Made by a program: the position numbers and the translations under genes. This document shows positions 20,475 through 31,227 of a DNA stretch of 64,000 nt, piece by piece. The notes under the pieces are model-generated. The model did no database searches. It had not been told where the DNA came from and worked only from the letters and a program-made list of their open reading frames with translations. The DNA comes from Rhodospirillaceae bacterium. GTDB lineage: Bacteria > Pseudomonadota > Alphaproteobacteria > MPNO01 > UBA2964. Location: the NCBI GenBank assembly GCA_002720855.1, contig PBIN01000014.1:393619-457618 (forward strand). The letters run 5' to 3'. The stretch's first letter is position 1. Every line of letters begins with the position of its first letter.

Positions 20475-21017
20475 ATGACCAGCACAGGCGCTTCCCCCGA
20501 AATTAAAACTCTATTTTCTGCTGACCAAATAGCGGAACGCGTTGATACGCTCGCAAAAGAGATCGTCGCTGATGAAACCGACGAGTTGTTGGTCGTTATT
20601 ATCCTCAAAGGAAGTTTTGTATTCGCAGCCGATTTAGTAAGGGCGCTGGAGCGCAATGGCGCCTCGGCACAGGTCGATTTTGTTACACTTTCCAGTTATG
20701 GAATGGGAACTGAAAGCTCAGGTTCTGTGAATCTTACACATGATCTATCTGAAGATGTTGCCGGACGTTCGATACTAATTGTTGATGATATCCTGGAATC
20801 CGGCCGAACCATTGCATTTGCCGTTGAGACCTTACAGAAGAGAGGTGCCTCTTCGGTGAAGACCTGTTTACTTCTGGACAAACCCACACAAAGAAAAGTC
20901 AGTATTGAAGCTGATTATGTAGGTTTCACCATCGATCCGGAATTTGTTGTTGGATATGGACTCGATCTGGCCAAGAGATATCGCGGATTGCCCTATATAG
21001 GTGTCGTTCAGGGTTAG
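20475..21017 (+). CDS. hpt: hypoxanthine phosphoribosyltransferase
   Basis: PRPP-binding motif ILIVDDILESGRT; 180 aa. Confidence 0.85.
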   Translation: MTSTGASPEIKTLFSADQIAERVDTLAKEIVADETDELLVVIILKGSFVFAADLVRALERNGASAQVDFVTLSSYGMGTESSGSVNLTHDLSEDVAGRSILIVDDILESGRTIAFAVETLQKRGASSVKTCLLLDKPTQRKVSIEADYVGFTIDPEFVVGYGLDLAKRYRGLPYIGVVQG

Positions 21018-21136
21018 TGATTATCTCGAAAATCGGCTTATGACTGCGATTATTTGACCAATCGTAAACGATTTCTAAACCATCGAACTTTATAAACTCC
21101 CGCAAAGCGTTTTTGTCTGGTTCAGGGAGTTGATCT

Positions 21137-21520
21137 TTGGCGTCCATCCTAATTGCAGAAGACGACAAGGCCGTAAGAGAGTTTGTTAGCCGCGCGCTGA
21201 AGCAGGATGGCCACGACGTGACAGCCGTTGGTGACGGTATGCAGGCACTAAACGCTCTGCAAAATCAGCAATTCGATATGCTCCTTGCGGACATTGTGAT
21301 GCCCCAGCTCGATGGTATTGCTCTTGCTCTCAAAGCATCAAAAGACTATCCGGAACTACCCGTTTTGCTTATGACGGGGTACGCCGCTGAACGTCAACGG
21401 GCGCACAATCTGGACGCACTGATTCACGATGTCATATCCAAACCGTTTACGTTGACCGAAATCAGGGAAACGGTTCGTCGCATCACGAACACCATTGGTC
21501 CTGACGAGACTGTCCATTAG
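21137..21520 (+). CDS. cpdR: single-domain response regulator, CpdR-like
   Basis: Receiver domain only (phospho-acceptor in LLADIVMPQLDG). It has high resemblance to Caulobacter CpdR (ILIAEDD...DMLLTDIVMP). Confidence 0.65.
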   Translation: MASILIAEDDKAVREFVSRALKQDGHDVTAVGDGMQALNALQNQQFDMLLADIVMPQLDGIALALKASKDYPELPVLLMTGYAAERQRAHNLDALIHDVISKPFTLTEIRETVRRITNTIGPDETVH

Positions 21521-21545
21521 CAAATAAAGTTTGATATCCGCGGCG

Positions 21546-24056
21546 CTAGAAGCGCTGTAGCAATCTTTCGATGTAGTCGAGTTCCAGTTTTGGCCGGAAA
21601 CCTTCACCAGACCGGCGGCGGAGTTCATCAAGAATTTCGCGGGCGCGCTGAACCGAACTTGCGTCTGGAATCTCGATGCCATCCGTATCAATATCCTCGC
21701 CCATAATTTCGCGCCCGAGCGGGTCGCGACGAGGTCGGTTTTGTTGGTTTCCGCGATTCCGTCGCTGACCGGACTGTCGCGCAAATCGATCCATCATTTG
21801 TTGCATAAGGCTGCGCCCCGCCCTTCGAAGAGCATTGAGTGCCTGGCCCTGCGAACCGACAGCATCTACAGGACGACCGCTTTCGAGAGCGCGAGTCGCG
21901 TTGCCCATGGCACGATCAGCCTGATCCATCGCCTGACCAGGGCCCTGGCCACGACCTTGCCCCGGTTGTTGGCCAGGTCGTCGACTCCGCATCATCCCCC
22001 GCAATTTACGGAGTGCATCGCGAATAGCCTGTTGTTCCGCAGCACTTGGCGCGCGACCCCTCTGGCCGGATCGGGACCCACGGAATGTACGTTCCATAAG
22101 TTCCTGCTGCTGTTGAATGAGACGCTGCAACTGACGTAAGGGGCCGCCTCTTTGGCCGCCGCGACCGCCGCGTTGCCGAATGACCTGCATCGATCGCATA
22201 CCTTCTAGCATGCGCTGCAAACGCGCGAGAAGTTCGCGCGCCGCCTGTCGGGAGCCCGATCGCATGAGGTCGCGAATTTGGTTGAGCATGCGGTTGAGGT
22301 CTTCCGAGCGGAACATCCGCATTGTACTGGGGTCAAACTCGATCGCTTTTTGTGCATTGGGGTTGCGGCGCATCTGTTCCTGCAAAGCTTGCAGGTATCG
22401 AGCGATGGCACGCCTTAGCTCGCGCATAAGCCTATCGAGTTCTTTTTCACTGGCGCCTTCAGCCAGCGCTTTCATGAGGGCATTTTGTATGCGTCTGAGC
22501 TCCCGCTCTGCGACCGATAGGCCGCCATCCTCCAAACGAAGAGCTGTGTCCCACAGAAGATCAATAACGGGATCAACAGCTGCTTCCGTTTGGTCGTGTA
22601 TAAGGCGCGATCGTGCGGATGCCAGTGATAGATAAACGACCGAATCGTGGTCAAAATTGCCCGGGACAGACGCGATACCGGCCAGTCCTCGCAAAACACG
22701 TCCTCGTAACTCTGGTTGCTCCGAGAGTTTTCGGCGTTGTTCGATGATCGCGCGGGCCACTGGATGGTTGAAAATGCGTTCCGGCAATATCATTCGAATG
22801 CGCTTTGCCTGCCCAATCTGCCCTTGGCCATCCTTGGCAAACATATCGATTATTACGGGTAGGCCCGCCCATCTGTGAGGTGCAAGATCAAGAAACGTCG
22901 TTTCGTTTACCGATTTTGCGCTCAGCGCTGGCAACGGTAAATCGACCTTATGCACCGCTAATCCCGTCACAGTTCCTCGCTCATATACGCGTCGAATTTC
23001 AAGGTGCGCTTGCTTTACGCCATAATCGTCGGACGCTTTAAAGGACAGCCGTAAAGTGGCCTGAGGTGTGGCCGCAGGTTTTTCGTCGGCAAATGCAATC
23101 TCCGGCGGATTGTCAGGAATAACTTTGATATCGAGACGAGCGACTTCCTTGTCATCCGCGACCAGAACATGTTCGCCGGGACGAACAATTTTATAAGTTA
23201 ATTTGCTATAGGCTGAATCAACCTTTTCGAACGGTATTTCGGTCTTTGCTGTAATTAACTTTGGATGGGTGTTCCGTTGACCCTGGATTTGCGCCGTTAA
23301 AATACTGCCAGTTGGCACGCGAACAGTTTGGCCTGCCGCCGGCGTTTCGGATTCGGTTTCAACCTTTTTCGCATCGGGGTTTCTCAAAGGAAATAGGGGA
23401 GCCTTACCGGTATACTCCGGAGGTGTAATCCAAAGATCCAGGGCCAATTGTTTAGGATTAACAATTTCGCCAATAGCAGGCGTAACCGCCTTCGCAAATC
23501 GGTTAATCGGATCAGACCAACCGGCGGTCACCGCAATAACCAGGAGCAAGGCCAGGGCAGCACGGAGTGCCAGCGGATCTCTTTTTGCAAGATCCGGTTC
23601 GGGGATGCCTACGCGCAGGGACTTTGAAGCGACGGCCATACGTTGCTGGTGAAGCTTCCACAAAGCCGTACTGTCAGCGGCGTTGTTTCCCGACACCAAG
23701 GTGTCATTGATTGCTGTCAGTGGACGGTGGTCAAGGCCGCTGGCCGTTTCAACCCGACGACGGGCCGCCAGGTTGGCCGGCCAGTGAAATTGTCGAAAAG
23801 CCCGTATCAGAAAATAGCCGGAGCAGCCTATAAATATCAGAAGGATTATAGCGTGTAGCCAACCATTGATTGCGGGCAGGACGTCGAGAAGCGCCAGCGA
23901 ACAGAAGAAAGTAATGACAGCAGCGAGTGGCCAAATTGCCGGCCACAAATGTTCCCACACGAGCGCGAGGCGTGCCAAGGTGAGTTTTGTGCCTAATTTG
24001 ACGCCGGTTGCATTGGATTCATTTTGTTTCATGTCGTCCATCATTACCCCAGCCAA
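21546..24056 (-). CDS. TIGR02302 / DUF4175-type conserved alphaproteobacterial protein with a low-complexity Q/R/G-rich C-terminal region
   Basis: 836 aa with N-terminal TM helices and a C-terminal QRGGRGGQRGG...QQPGQGRGQGPGQ low-complexity stretch. It sits in the conserved position beside lysA. Confidence 0.55.
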   Translation of the reverse strand: MAGVMMDDMKQNESNATGVKLGTKLTLARLALVWEHLWPAIWPLAAVITFFCSLALLDVLPAINGWLHAIILLIFIGCSGYFLIRAFRQFHWPANLAARRRVETASGLDHRPLTAINDTLVSGNNAADSTALWKLHQQRMAVASKSLRVGIPEPDLAKRDPLALRAALALLLVIAVTAGWSDPINRFAKAVTPAIGEIVNPKQLALDLWITPPEYTGKAPLFPLRNPDAKKVETESETPAAGQTVRVPTGSILTAQIQGQRNTHPKLITAKTEIPFEKVDSAYSKLTYKIVRPGEHVLVADDKEVARLDIKVIPDNPPEIAFADEKPAATPQATLRLSFKASDDYGVKQAHLEIRRVYERGTVTGLAVHKVDLPLPALSAKSVNETTFLDLAPHRWAGLPVIIDMFAKDGQGQIGQAKRIRMILPERIFNHPVARAIIEQRRKLSEQPELRGRVLRGLAGIASVPGNFDHDSVVYLSLASARSRLIHDQTEAAVDPVIDLLWDTALRLEDGGLSVAERELRRIQNALMKALAEGASEKELDRLMRELRRAIARYLQALQEQMRRNPNAQKAIEFDPSTMRMFRSEDLNRMLNQIRDLMRSGSRQAARELLARLQRMLEGMRSMQVIRQRGGRGGQRGGPLRQLQRLIQQQQELMERTFRGSRSGQRGRAPSAAEQQAIRDALRKLRGMMRSRRPGQQPGQGRGQGPGQAMDQADRAMGNATRALESGRPVDAVGSQGQALNALRRAGRSLMQQMMDRFARQSGQRRNRGNQQNRPRRDPLGREIMGEDIDTDGIEIPDASSVQRAREILDELRRRSGEGFRPKLELDYIERLLQRF

Positions 24057-24095
24057 AAGTCAGGCGGCATCGTGAGAGGACCTATGACCTAAGTT

Positions 24096-25352
24096 TCACA
24101 GCCAATGGGGCAAATGGTCAAGCGACAAAATCTCGTCATAGCTGGGTCGCGGGCGAATTACGCTAAAATCTCTGTGATTGACCATGATTTCAGGGATTGG
24201 CGGACGCGTATTGTAGCTTGAGGCCATAACCGCACCATATGCGCCGGCTGATTTGAAACAAATCAGATCATTCTCTTCCAAGGTTGGTAAGTGTGTATTG
24301 CTTGCGAGAATGTCACCAGTTTCGCAAACAGGACCTACAATTTCTGACACGTATGTACTTTCTCCAGACCGTTCAGCAACAGTAGCTACCGCGTGGATAG
24401 CGTCATAAAGAGTTGGCCGGATGAAATCATTCATTGCCGCATCGACGACCACAAAACGCTTCGTTGCGGTCTCTTTGACCTGAATGACGGAAGTTACCAA
24501 TAATCCGGCATTACCGACGAGAACGCGTCCTGGTTCGAATGTCAGCTCAACGTCAAGATCGCCAACTGTTTCGGCGACGACGGCAGCGTAGTCTTGGGGT
24601 TCGGGTGGTGTCTCCCCGTCATAAACTATGCCGAGGCCGCCGCCTAAATCGAGGCGGTTCACATCAAACCCGGCAGCGCGCAACGCGTTTACCATCGCTG
24701 CAACGCGCGAAAAGGCTTCTTGGAAGGGATTGAGCGTCGTGAGTTGCGATCCAATATGAACCGCGAGGCCGACAGGTAATATGCCCGGCAATTCCATCGC
24801 ATGTTCGTACAGGTCGGGGGCGAGATCAATGTCTATGCCAAACTTGTCCTCTTTCCTGCCGGTAGAAATCTTGTCGTGGGTATGGGCATCGACATCCGGA
24901 TTGACGCGAAAGACAACTGTTGCAATTTTTTCCTGTTCAATCGCGACTTCGTTAAGAACGTCAAGTTCTCCAACGGACTCCACATTGAATTGTCCAATGC
25001 CCGCATTGATCGCGAATTGCATTTCAGACCGTGTTTTGCCTACCCCTGAAAATACGATTTCTGAAGCCGAGATGCCGGCGGCAAGCGCCCGACGGGCCTC
25101 ACCTTCGCTAACAACATCTGCTCCGGCTCCCAATTTTGCCAATGTCCGAATGACGGCCTGGTTGGAGTTAGCTTTTATGGCATAGCAGATCCGACCGTTC
25201 ACAACCGCGAGCGCGTCGGCCATAGCTTGATACTGGTCGATGAGGGTCGAACTGGAATAACAGTAAAAGGGAGTCTTCACTGCAGCCGCAATGTCGCTGA
25301 TGGCGACGTCCTCTGCGAACAGTCGTCCATCGCGATACTCGAAGTGGCTCAT
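24096..25352 (-). CDS. lysA: diaminopimelate decarboxylase
   Basis: PLP motif YAIKANSN and the typical fold-III decarboxylase C-terminus. Confidence 0.9.
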   Translation of the reverse strand: MSHFEYRDGRLFAEDVAISDIAAAVKTPFYCYSSSTLIDQYQAMADALAVVNGRICYAIKANSNQAVIRTLAKLGAGADVVSEGEARRALAAGISASEIVFSGVGKTRSEMQFAINAGIGQFNVESVGELDVLNEVAIEQEKIATVVFRVNPDVDAHTHDKISTGRKEDKFGIDIDLAPDLYEHAMELPGILPVGLAVHIGSQLTTLNPFQEAFSRVAAMVNALRAAGFDVNRLDLGGGLGIVYDGETPPEPQDYAAVVAETVGDLDVELTFEPGRVLVGNAGLLVTSVIQVKETATKRFVVVDAAMNDFIRPTLYDAIHAVATVAERSGESTYVSEIVGPVCETGDILASNTHLPTLEENDLICFKSAGAYGAVMASSYNTRPPIPEIMVNHRDFSVIRPRPSYDEILSLDHLPHWL

Positions 25353-25480
25353 CGCGGATATTCCCTCGGGTAGTCCGTTTTCTTGGATCCGGGCGGGGGT
25401 TCGAGGTCACCTTTTTTTCCGCAAGCGGAAAGCGGCGCTGCCAAAGCACACAATAAAATCAAATAAGCAAACAGGCGCAT
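25349..25480 (-). CDS. small lipoprotein, 43 aa
   Basis: [43 protein letters not shown]. It has a signal peptide plus a lipobox (LSAC). Its stop overlaps the lysA ATG in an ATGA. It is absent from the ORF track because it is under 60 aa. Coordinates are within 1 nt. Confidence 0.6.
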   Translation of the reverse strand: MRLFAYLILLCALAAPLSACGKKGDLEPPPGSKKTDYPREYPR

Positions 25481-26937
25481 CACAGGAACCTCTCACGGGC
25501 GCTTTTTACCTGGGCCAGCACATTGTCTGGGGCGGTGCCACCATAACTGGTCCGGCTAGATACTGATTCTGCCACACCCAGAACCGAAAATACATCATCG
25601 GTTATTTGCGATTCCACCGATTGCATTTCGTCCAGCGTAAGCTCATCAAGATTGCGATTTGAGGTCTCTGCAAGTCGAACCAGTTCGCCGGTAACATGGT
25701 GGGCCTTCCTAAACGGCAATCCAGCAACACGAACGAGCCAATCGGCAAGGTCGGTTGCCGTGGTGAAACCTTCACCAGCTGCATCCTTCAACCGGTCAAT
25801 ATTAAATTCTATATCGTTGACCATACCGGTCATGGCGGCGATGCAGACACCAAGCGATTCAGAAGCGTCAAAAACCGGTTCTTTGTCCTCCTGCATGTCC
25901 TTTGAATAAGCCAAAGGCAAACCCTTCATCACTGTAATGAGTCCAATCAGAGCTCCAACGACCCGGCCACTCTTGCCACGGACAAGTTCGGCCGCATCGG
26001 GGTTGCGCTTTTGCGGCATGATCGAGCTGCCGGTGGTGAAGGCATCGCTAAGCTTTGCGAATGAAAACTGTGCTGAACACCAGACAACTATTTCTTCCCC
26101 CAAGCGGGAAAGATGGAGTGATGTAATTGTTGCCGCTGACAAGAATTCTAATGCGAAATCGCGGTCAGATACGGCATCCAGTGAGTTTGCCGTTGGTCGG
26201 TCAAAACCAAGTTCCTTTGCGGTCTGGTCGCGATCAATTGCAAATGAGGTGCCCGCAAGCGCTGCTGAGCCCAGCGGGCTCTCATTAAGCCGCGTCCGCG
26301 CATCCTGAAACCGGCCCCGGTCACGACCGAGCATTTCAACATAGGCGAGAAGATGATGACCTACTGTTACAGGTTGAGCGGCCTGCAGGTGCGTAAAGCC
26401 TGGCATAACGACCGCAGCGTTCTTTTCAGCCTGGTCGATAAGTGTTGTCTGCAGGACATTTAATGCTTCATCGATTGCGTCAATAGTATCGCGAACCCAA
26501 AGTTTGAAATCCGTAGCAACCTGATCATTGCGGGACCGGGCCGTATGGAGCCGCCCGGCGTCATCGCCAATAATTTCTGTTAGCCGTCCTTCAATATTGA
26601 GATGGATATCTTCAAGCGCGTTCTTGAACTCAAACGTTCCCTCTTCAATCTCCACCCTAATTTTTTTGAGACCCTCAATAATCTGCTCGCCTGCGGCAGA
26701 ATCGAGAATTTCTTGTTCAACCAACATCTTGCAATGGGCAATCGAACCTACGATATCTTGTGCATAAAGTTTTTGGTCAAAACCAATCGAGACGTTGATG
26801 GCTTCCATAAGAGTATCGGGGGCCTGGCTGAATCTGCCGCCCCACATCGCGTTCGAGACATTTTGACTTTCCCGGACAGGGCTGCCCGTGGCAGGGTCAG
26901 CCTGCGTCCCGGTTGTCGGTGTACTCTTCGCGTTCAT
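25480..26937 (-). CDS. argH: argininosuccinate lyase
   Basis: Fumarate-lyase family with MWGGRF near the N-terminus and the signature [12 protein letters not shown]. The start is uncertain (MNAKS at 26937 or MWGGRF at 26847). The 513-aa ORF-track version is over-extended. Confidence 0.85.
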   Translation of the reverse strand: MNAKSTPTTGTQADPATGSPVRESQNVSNAMWGGRFSQAPDTLMEAINVSIGFDQKLYAQDIVGSIAHCKMLVEQEILDSAAGEQIIEGLKKIRVEIEEGTFEFKNALEDIHLNIEGRLTEIIGDDAGRLHTARSRNDQVATDFKLWVRDTIDAIDEALNVLQTTLIDQAEKNAAVVMPGFTHLQAAQPVTVGHHLLAYVEMLGRDRGRFQDARTRLNESPLGSAALAGTSFAIDRDQTAKELGFDRPTANSLDAVSDRDFALEFLSAATITSLHLSRLGEEIVVWCSAQFSFAKLSDAFTTGSSIMPQKRNPDAAELVRGKSGRVVGALIGLITVMKGLPLAYSKDMQEDKEPVFDASESLGVCIAAMTGMVNDIEFNIDRLKDAAGEGFTTATDLADWLVRVAGLPFRKAHHVTGELVRLAETSNRNLDELTLDEMQSVESQITDDVFSVLGVAESVSSRTSYGGTAPDNVLAQVKSARERFL

Positions 26938-26968
26938 CGTTCTGTCTTTACTCAGTTCAAGAGGTAAA

Positions 26969-27556
26969 ATGCGAAAATTTATCCTCACTTCCACAGCCAT
27001 TATCGCCGCGGGCATCGCCATGTGGGCGGTTTTTGCTCATAAATCAAGCGAAAATCAGGCTATAGCCGCCACAAAATCACCTCCCTTAACGGGCTGGATG
27101 GAGAATTTTACCCCGGCGGAACCACTCGGACCAGCACCGGAACTGGAAATTTTAGCCAAGGATGGCAAAGCCATTTCGTTAAATGAATTCCGTGGAAAGC
27201 TGGTACTCGTCAATTTTTGGGCAACCTGGTGTGCGCCTTGCATCCGGGAAATGCCGTCATTGGCAAAATTGCAAAAACAGCGGGGCGGCAAGGAATTTAC
27301 CGTGCTGGCTTTATCGCAGGATTTTAAAGAATGGAAAGCGGTCAATCCTTTTCTCGAAAAGCATAAGCTGGATGGATTGCCGATTTATGTAGACCGTAAA
27401 ATGGCCACTGGGCGGAAATTAAAAGTCATTGGACTCCCGACGACGGTCTTGCTTTCAAAGAAAGGGCAAGTGCTCGGCAGTTTAAAAGGCATAGCTGAAT
27501 GGGATGCGCCGGAAGCGCTGGCGCTGATCGATCATTACCTCAAGGTTGATCGTTAG
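26969..27556 (+). CDS. tlpA: thiol:disulfide interchange protein, TlpA-like periplasmic thioredoxin
   Basis: WCAPC active site, a single N-terminal TM anchor, and AGAGG 4 nt upstream of the ATG at 26969. It is divergent from argH. Confidence 0.8.
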   Translation: MRKFILTSTAIIAAGIAMWAVFAHKSSENQAIAATKSPPLTGWMENFTPAEPLGPAPELEILAKDGKAISLNEFRGKLVLVNFWATWCAPCIREMPSLAKLQKQRGGKEFTVLALSQDFKEWKAVNPFLEKHKLDGLPIYVDRKMATGRKLKVIGLPTTVLLSKKGQVLGSLKGIAEWDAPEALALIDHYLKVDR

Positions 27557-27561
27557 GTTTA

Positions 27562-28482
27562 TCAGCGCGTGGGAACAGGCTTCTCGCCCGAATAGTCGTA
27601 AAACCCGCGGCCAGATTTTCGACCAAGCCATCCGGCCTCGACATATTTTACGAGCAAGGGACAGGCGCGATATTTACTGTCGCCAAACCCGTCATACAAG
27701 ACATTCATGATGGCGAGACAGGTATCGAGCCCCACAAAATCTGCGAGTTCAAGCGGACCCATTGGTTGGTTGGCGCCAAGCTTCATGGCGGCATCAATAT
27801 CAGCGACACCACCCACCCCCTCGTGAAGCGCAAAAATTGCTTCATTCATCATCGGAACAAGTATCCGGTTAACGATAAAGGCCGGGAAATCCTCTGATGT
27901 AATCGAGATTTTACCGAGCTGGGCGACAACGTTCTCGATTGCCGAAAATGTCTCGTCTCCGGTAGCGATTCCCCTAATCAATTCCACCAGTTTCATGATC
28001 GGCACGGGGTTCATGAAATGTATACCCATGAAACGTTCCGGACGATCAGTTGTGGCGGCAAGGCGGGTGATCGAAATGGATGATGTGTTGGTTGCTAAAA
28101 TTGCGTCATCACGAAGGAACGGAATCAATTTCTCGAAGATTGCAATCTTTACCGATTCATTTTCTGTCGCGGCTTCGATGACCAGATCGCATTCGCCAAA
28201 AGCCTCGTATTCAGTTGAGGTTGCAATGTTGGACATAGCGGCTTCAACTTGTTCTGTCGTTAGCCGTTCTTTTTCTAAAAGGCGATCAAGGCGTCCCCGA
28301 ATTCCGGAGATCGCTTTATCCAGAACCTCTTGCGAAATATCTGCGAGACAAACCGCGTATTCCCCCTGAGCGCAAACCTGAGCTATTCCACTGCCCATTT
28401 GCCCGGCACCGACGATGCCTATTTTTCTAATTTCCACCGAACTCTTCGTTTCGTTGATTTCGAGATCTTCGTTGTCACGCAA
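27562..28482 (-). CDS. hbd: 3-hydroxybutyryl-CoA dehydrogenase
   Basis: IGIVGAGQMGSGIAQV NAD-binding motif. The true start may be the internal GTG (about 28437) preceded by GAAGAG; the ORF-track start is TTG. Confidence 0.85.
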   Translation of the reverse strand: MRDNEDLEINETKSSVEIRKIGIVGAGQMGSGIAQVCAQGEYAVCLADISQEVLDKAISGIRGRLDRLLEKERLTTEQVEAAMSNIATSTEYEAFGECDLVIEAATENESVKIAIFEKLIPFLRDDAILATNTSSISITRLAATTDRPERFMGIHFMNPVPIMKLVELIRGIATGDETFSAIENVVAQLGKISITSEDFPAFIVNRILVPMMNEAIFALHEGVGGVADIDAAMKLGANQPMGPLELADFVGLDTCLAIMNVLYDGFGDSKYRACPLLVKYVEAGWLGRKSGRGFYDYSGEKPVPTR

Positions 28483-28490
28483 ATAGCCTG

Positions 28491-29444
28491 TTATCGCGGC
28501 TTAACGTCCTGTTTGTCTAATTCTGCCGCAAGGGCGGGCATTTCTTCGAAGAGATCGCCCACGAGACCGTAATCCGCAACCGAGAAAATCGGTGCTTCTT
28601 CGTCCTTGTTTATGGCGACGATCACTTTGCTGTCTTTCATGCCTGCAAGATGCTGGATCGCCCCGGAAATACCGATTGCCATATAAAGCTCGGGCGCGAC
28701 GATTTTGCCCGTCTGTCCAACCTGATAGTCATTGGGCACGTAACCGGCATCGACGGCGGCGCGCGATGCACCAACGGCAGCACCAATCTTGTCGGCGACA
28801 GTTTCCACGAGATGAAAATTGTCACCCGATTGCATCCCGCGGCCACCAGAAACGACAACCCGCGCGGAGGTCAGCTCCGGGCGCTCTGATCTGGTTAGTT
28901 CCTGACCAACAAATGTTGAGAGTCCGGGGTCTTCCGAAGAATCGGCGGATTCGATCGGGGCACTGCCACCAAGCTCTGCCTTTTCGAAGGCTGTGCCGCG
29001 AACGGTAATCACCAGCTTGTCATCGCTCGCCTGTACTGTCGCCATCGCATTGCCCGCATAAATCGGACGGACAAACGTATCGGCTGACTGAACTTCCATA
29101 ATGTCTGAGACCTGAACGATATCAAGCAAAGCCGCAACTCGCGGAGCGACATTCTTGCCATGCGTCGTGTGTGGTAAAACGAGATGGCTATAATCACCGG
29201 CCATGCTAACAAGCAATGCTGCAAACGGTTCTGCGAGCCCATTTGCATATAGCGCATTGTCCACCATTCGGACTTTGCTGATTCCGGCTATTGCGGAAGC
29301 GCCATCGGCGGCTCCCTGACAATTTTCGCCCGCAACCAGAATTTCTACGTCGCCAGCGCCAAGTGCAACCGCTGCAGTAACGGTGTTTAGTGTAGCGCCT
29401 TTGATCTCATGATTGTCATGTTCGGCAACAACGAGGACAGCCAT
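28491..29444 (-). CDS. etfA: electron transfer flavoprotein alpha subunit
   Basis: [11 protein letters not shown]... with a C-terminal FAD-binding region ([25 protein letters not shown]). Confidence 0.9.
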   Translation of the reverse strand: MAVLVVAEHDNHEIKGATLNTVTAAVALGAGDVEILVAGENCQGAADGASAIAGISKVRMVDNALYANGLAEPFAALLVSMAGDYSHLVLPHTTHGKNVAPRVAALLDIVQVSDIMEVQSADTFVRPIYAGNAMATVQASDDKLVITVRGTAFEKAELGGSAPIESADSSEDPGLSTFVGQELTRSERPELTSARVVVSGGRGMQSGDNFHLVETVADKIGAAVGASRAAVDAGYVPNDYQVGQTGKIVAPELYMAIGISGAIQHLAGMKDSKVIVAINKDEEAPIFSVADYGLVGDLFEEMPALAAELDKQDVKPR

Positions 29445-30199
29445 CAGATTACTCCTGCTTCGTTTTTGAGTTTGTCTACCAGTTCGGCCACATCGGCCAC
29501 TTTGCCACCACCCTGACGCGGAGGTGGCTCGTCAACTCTTAGGGTCTTCAGTCTCGGTGCCGCATCAACCCCGAGGTCTTCGGGTGAATATTCATCGATT
29601 TGCTTCTTTTTGGCTTTCATGATGTTCGGCAAAGAGGCATAGCGCGGCTCGTTGAGCCGTAAATCTGTCGTAACGACCATTGGCATGGACAGCGAAACTG
29701 TTTCCAGGCCACCGTCAACCTCGCGGGTGACTTGCGCTTTTCCATCTGCGATTTCAACTTGTGACGCAAAAGTGCCCTGAGCCCAACCCATCAATGCAGC
29801 TAGCATTTGGCCCGTTTGACTGCAGTCGTCGTCAATAGCCTGCTTTCCGACAATTACCATGTCCGGATTTTCTTTTTCGCATAATGCTTTAAGAAGTTTT
29901 GCAACAGCTAGAGGCTGTAGTTCTTCATCAGTTTTGACGTGAATGCCACGATCGGCACCCATAGCAAGGGCTGTTCGAATTGTTTCAGTGCATTTTGCTT
30001 CGCCCAGTGAAACGGCAATCACTTCTGAAGCGGTGCCCGCTTCGAGCAAGCGTACGGCTTCTTCTACCGCAATTTCATCAAAGGGGTTCATGGACATTTT
30101 GACGTTGGCGAGTTCAACGCCGGTATTGTCACCCTTTACACGTACTTTGACGTTGTAATCGATGACCCGTTTTACGGCGACGAGAATTTTCATTTTCAA
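29444..30199 (-). CDS. etfB: electron transfer flavoprotein beta subunit
   Basis: [21 protein letters not shown]-terminus; 1-nt overlap with etfA. Confidence 0.9.
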   Translation of the reverse strand: MKMKILVAVKRVIDYNVKVRVKGDNTGVELANVKMSMNPFDEIAVEEAVRLLEAGTASEVIAVSLGEAKCTETIRTALAMGADRGIHVKTDEELQPLAVAKLLKALCEKENPDMVIVGKQAIDDDCSQTGQMLAALMGWAQGTFASQVEIADGKAQVTREVDGGLETVSLSMPMVVTTDLRLNEPRYASLPNIMKAKKKQIDEYSPEDLGVDAAPRLKTLRVDEPPPRQGGGKVADVAELVDKLKNEAGVI

Positions 30200-30323
30200 T
30201 CCGGATATTTTACAAGAAAAACGGCGCTACAGACGAACCGCATGCACCAATAATCATATGTATACGAACAAAGTCGGGCAGGATCAAGATTCAGCGACTA
30301 AGAAGTTTTATTGCCCTATAAAG

Positions 30324-30521
30324 TTACTTGCCGTCCATCAAAAAGGCGATGGCCACCAGCGCGATAGCCACGCCCTGGCACAGAACGCGATAGCGCATCA
30401 AAATGTTTGAACGTTTGGCATTCGCTTTGCCCGGCTTCAGCATACCGACAACACCAGTCGCCATTACCAAAAAGGTGAGGCCAACGGCAATAATGATTAG
30501 CCAGGGGAATGTTTGTTGCAT
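30324..30521 (-). CDS. twin-transmembrane small protein, HIG1-domain-like
   Basis: 65 aa with two TM helices flanking the KRSNILMRYRV motif, as in bacterial HIG1-domain proteins. Confidence 0.5.
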   Translation of the reverse strand: MQQTFPWLIIIAVGLTFLVMATGVVGMLKPGKANAKRSNILMRYRVLCQGVAIALVAIAFLMDGK

Positions 30522-30584
30522 GAAGGAACTATAATGGTTGGCGTCTTAATGTGACAGGTTTTATCGGAATCTTAATTTAGAGCT

Positions 30585-31136
30585 CTAGTCGCTCGAGCAT
30601 ACAGAATGTATCGCTTTCGGAATTTCGAATTTCCCTTTGACATCTTTTGCCCAGTTGCAGGCCAAGACACGCGCCCTTGAAATTTCTTTGGCCGACATTC
30701 GGTGTTCGAGGTCCTCTATCTTCGATCTGGAAAGTATTTGTCGCTGGGCCCGGTGGGTCATATGGGAGCTGGTCCAATACCACTGCAATGCTTTGATTTT
30801 ATCATGGGCGACCCCGCGACCGGTTTCATAGAGTTCTCCGAGACTGTATTGGGCCTTGGCAAGACCGCTGTTCGCCGCCTTTTTCAGCCATTTCGCCCCC
30901 ATTTCGAAATCCTGTTTGCCGACATAGCCGATCATATACATGAACGCCAGATCATGTTGCGATCGTACATCTCCTTGTTCGGCAAGACGCTTGAATGTCA
31001 CAAAGGCGACATGAAAATTTCCCCGGTCCAGTTCGAATACGCCATCCTTGTAGGACAGGGGTTTCTGTGCCGCAGTGGGATCCCCCAATATGCAGATCAC
31101 CAAAATCATAAGGATTCTGGTCAATGGTCGTTTCAT
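30585..31136 (-). CDS. secreted Sel1-repeat (TPR-like) protein
   Basis: Signal peptide, then repeated A..G.A.AQ..LG.MY..G.GV helix-turn-helix units. Confidence 0.7.
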   Translation of the reverse strand: MKRPLTRILMILVICILGDPTAAQKPLSYKDGVFELDRGNFHVAFVTFKRLAEQGDVRSQHDLAFMYMIGYVGKQDFEMGAKWLKKAANSGLAKAQYSLGELYETGRGVAHDKIKALQWYWTSSHMTHRAQRQILSRSKIEDLEHRMSAKEISRARVLACNWAKDVKGKFEIPKAIHSVCSSD

Positions 31137-31227
31137 TTGAAGAGTGTAGGGCGAAAATCACTATTCACACTATAAAAACAGTGCGGTTTCGGTTGACAGT
31201 CCAAAAGGCGCGTGGCGCTCTATCGCC

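Noticed and set aside
25168-25449. 93-aa ORF between lysA and argH.
   Set aside because: A different frame over the same DNA encodes a textbook 43-aa lipoprotein with an ATGA junction to lysA. The 93-aa ORF has no features.
25480-27021. 513-aa ArgH with a 58-aa N-terminal extension.
   Set aside because: The extension overlaps the divergent tlpA start and is not ArgH-like. Internal Met starts fit orthologue lengths.
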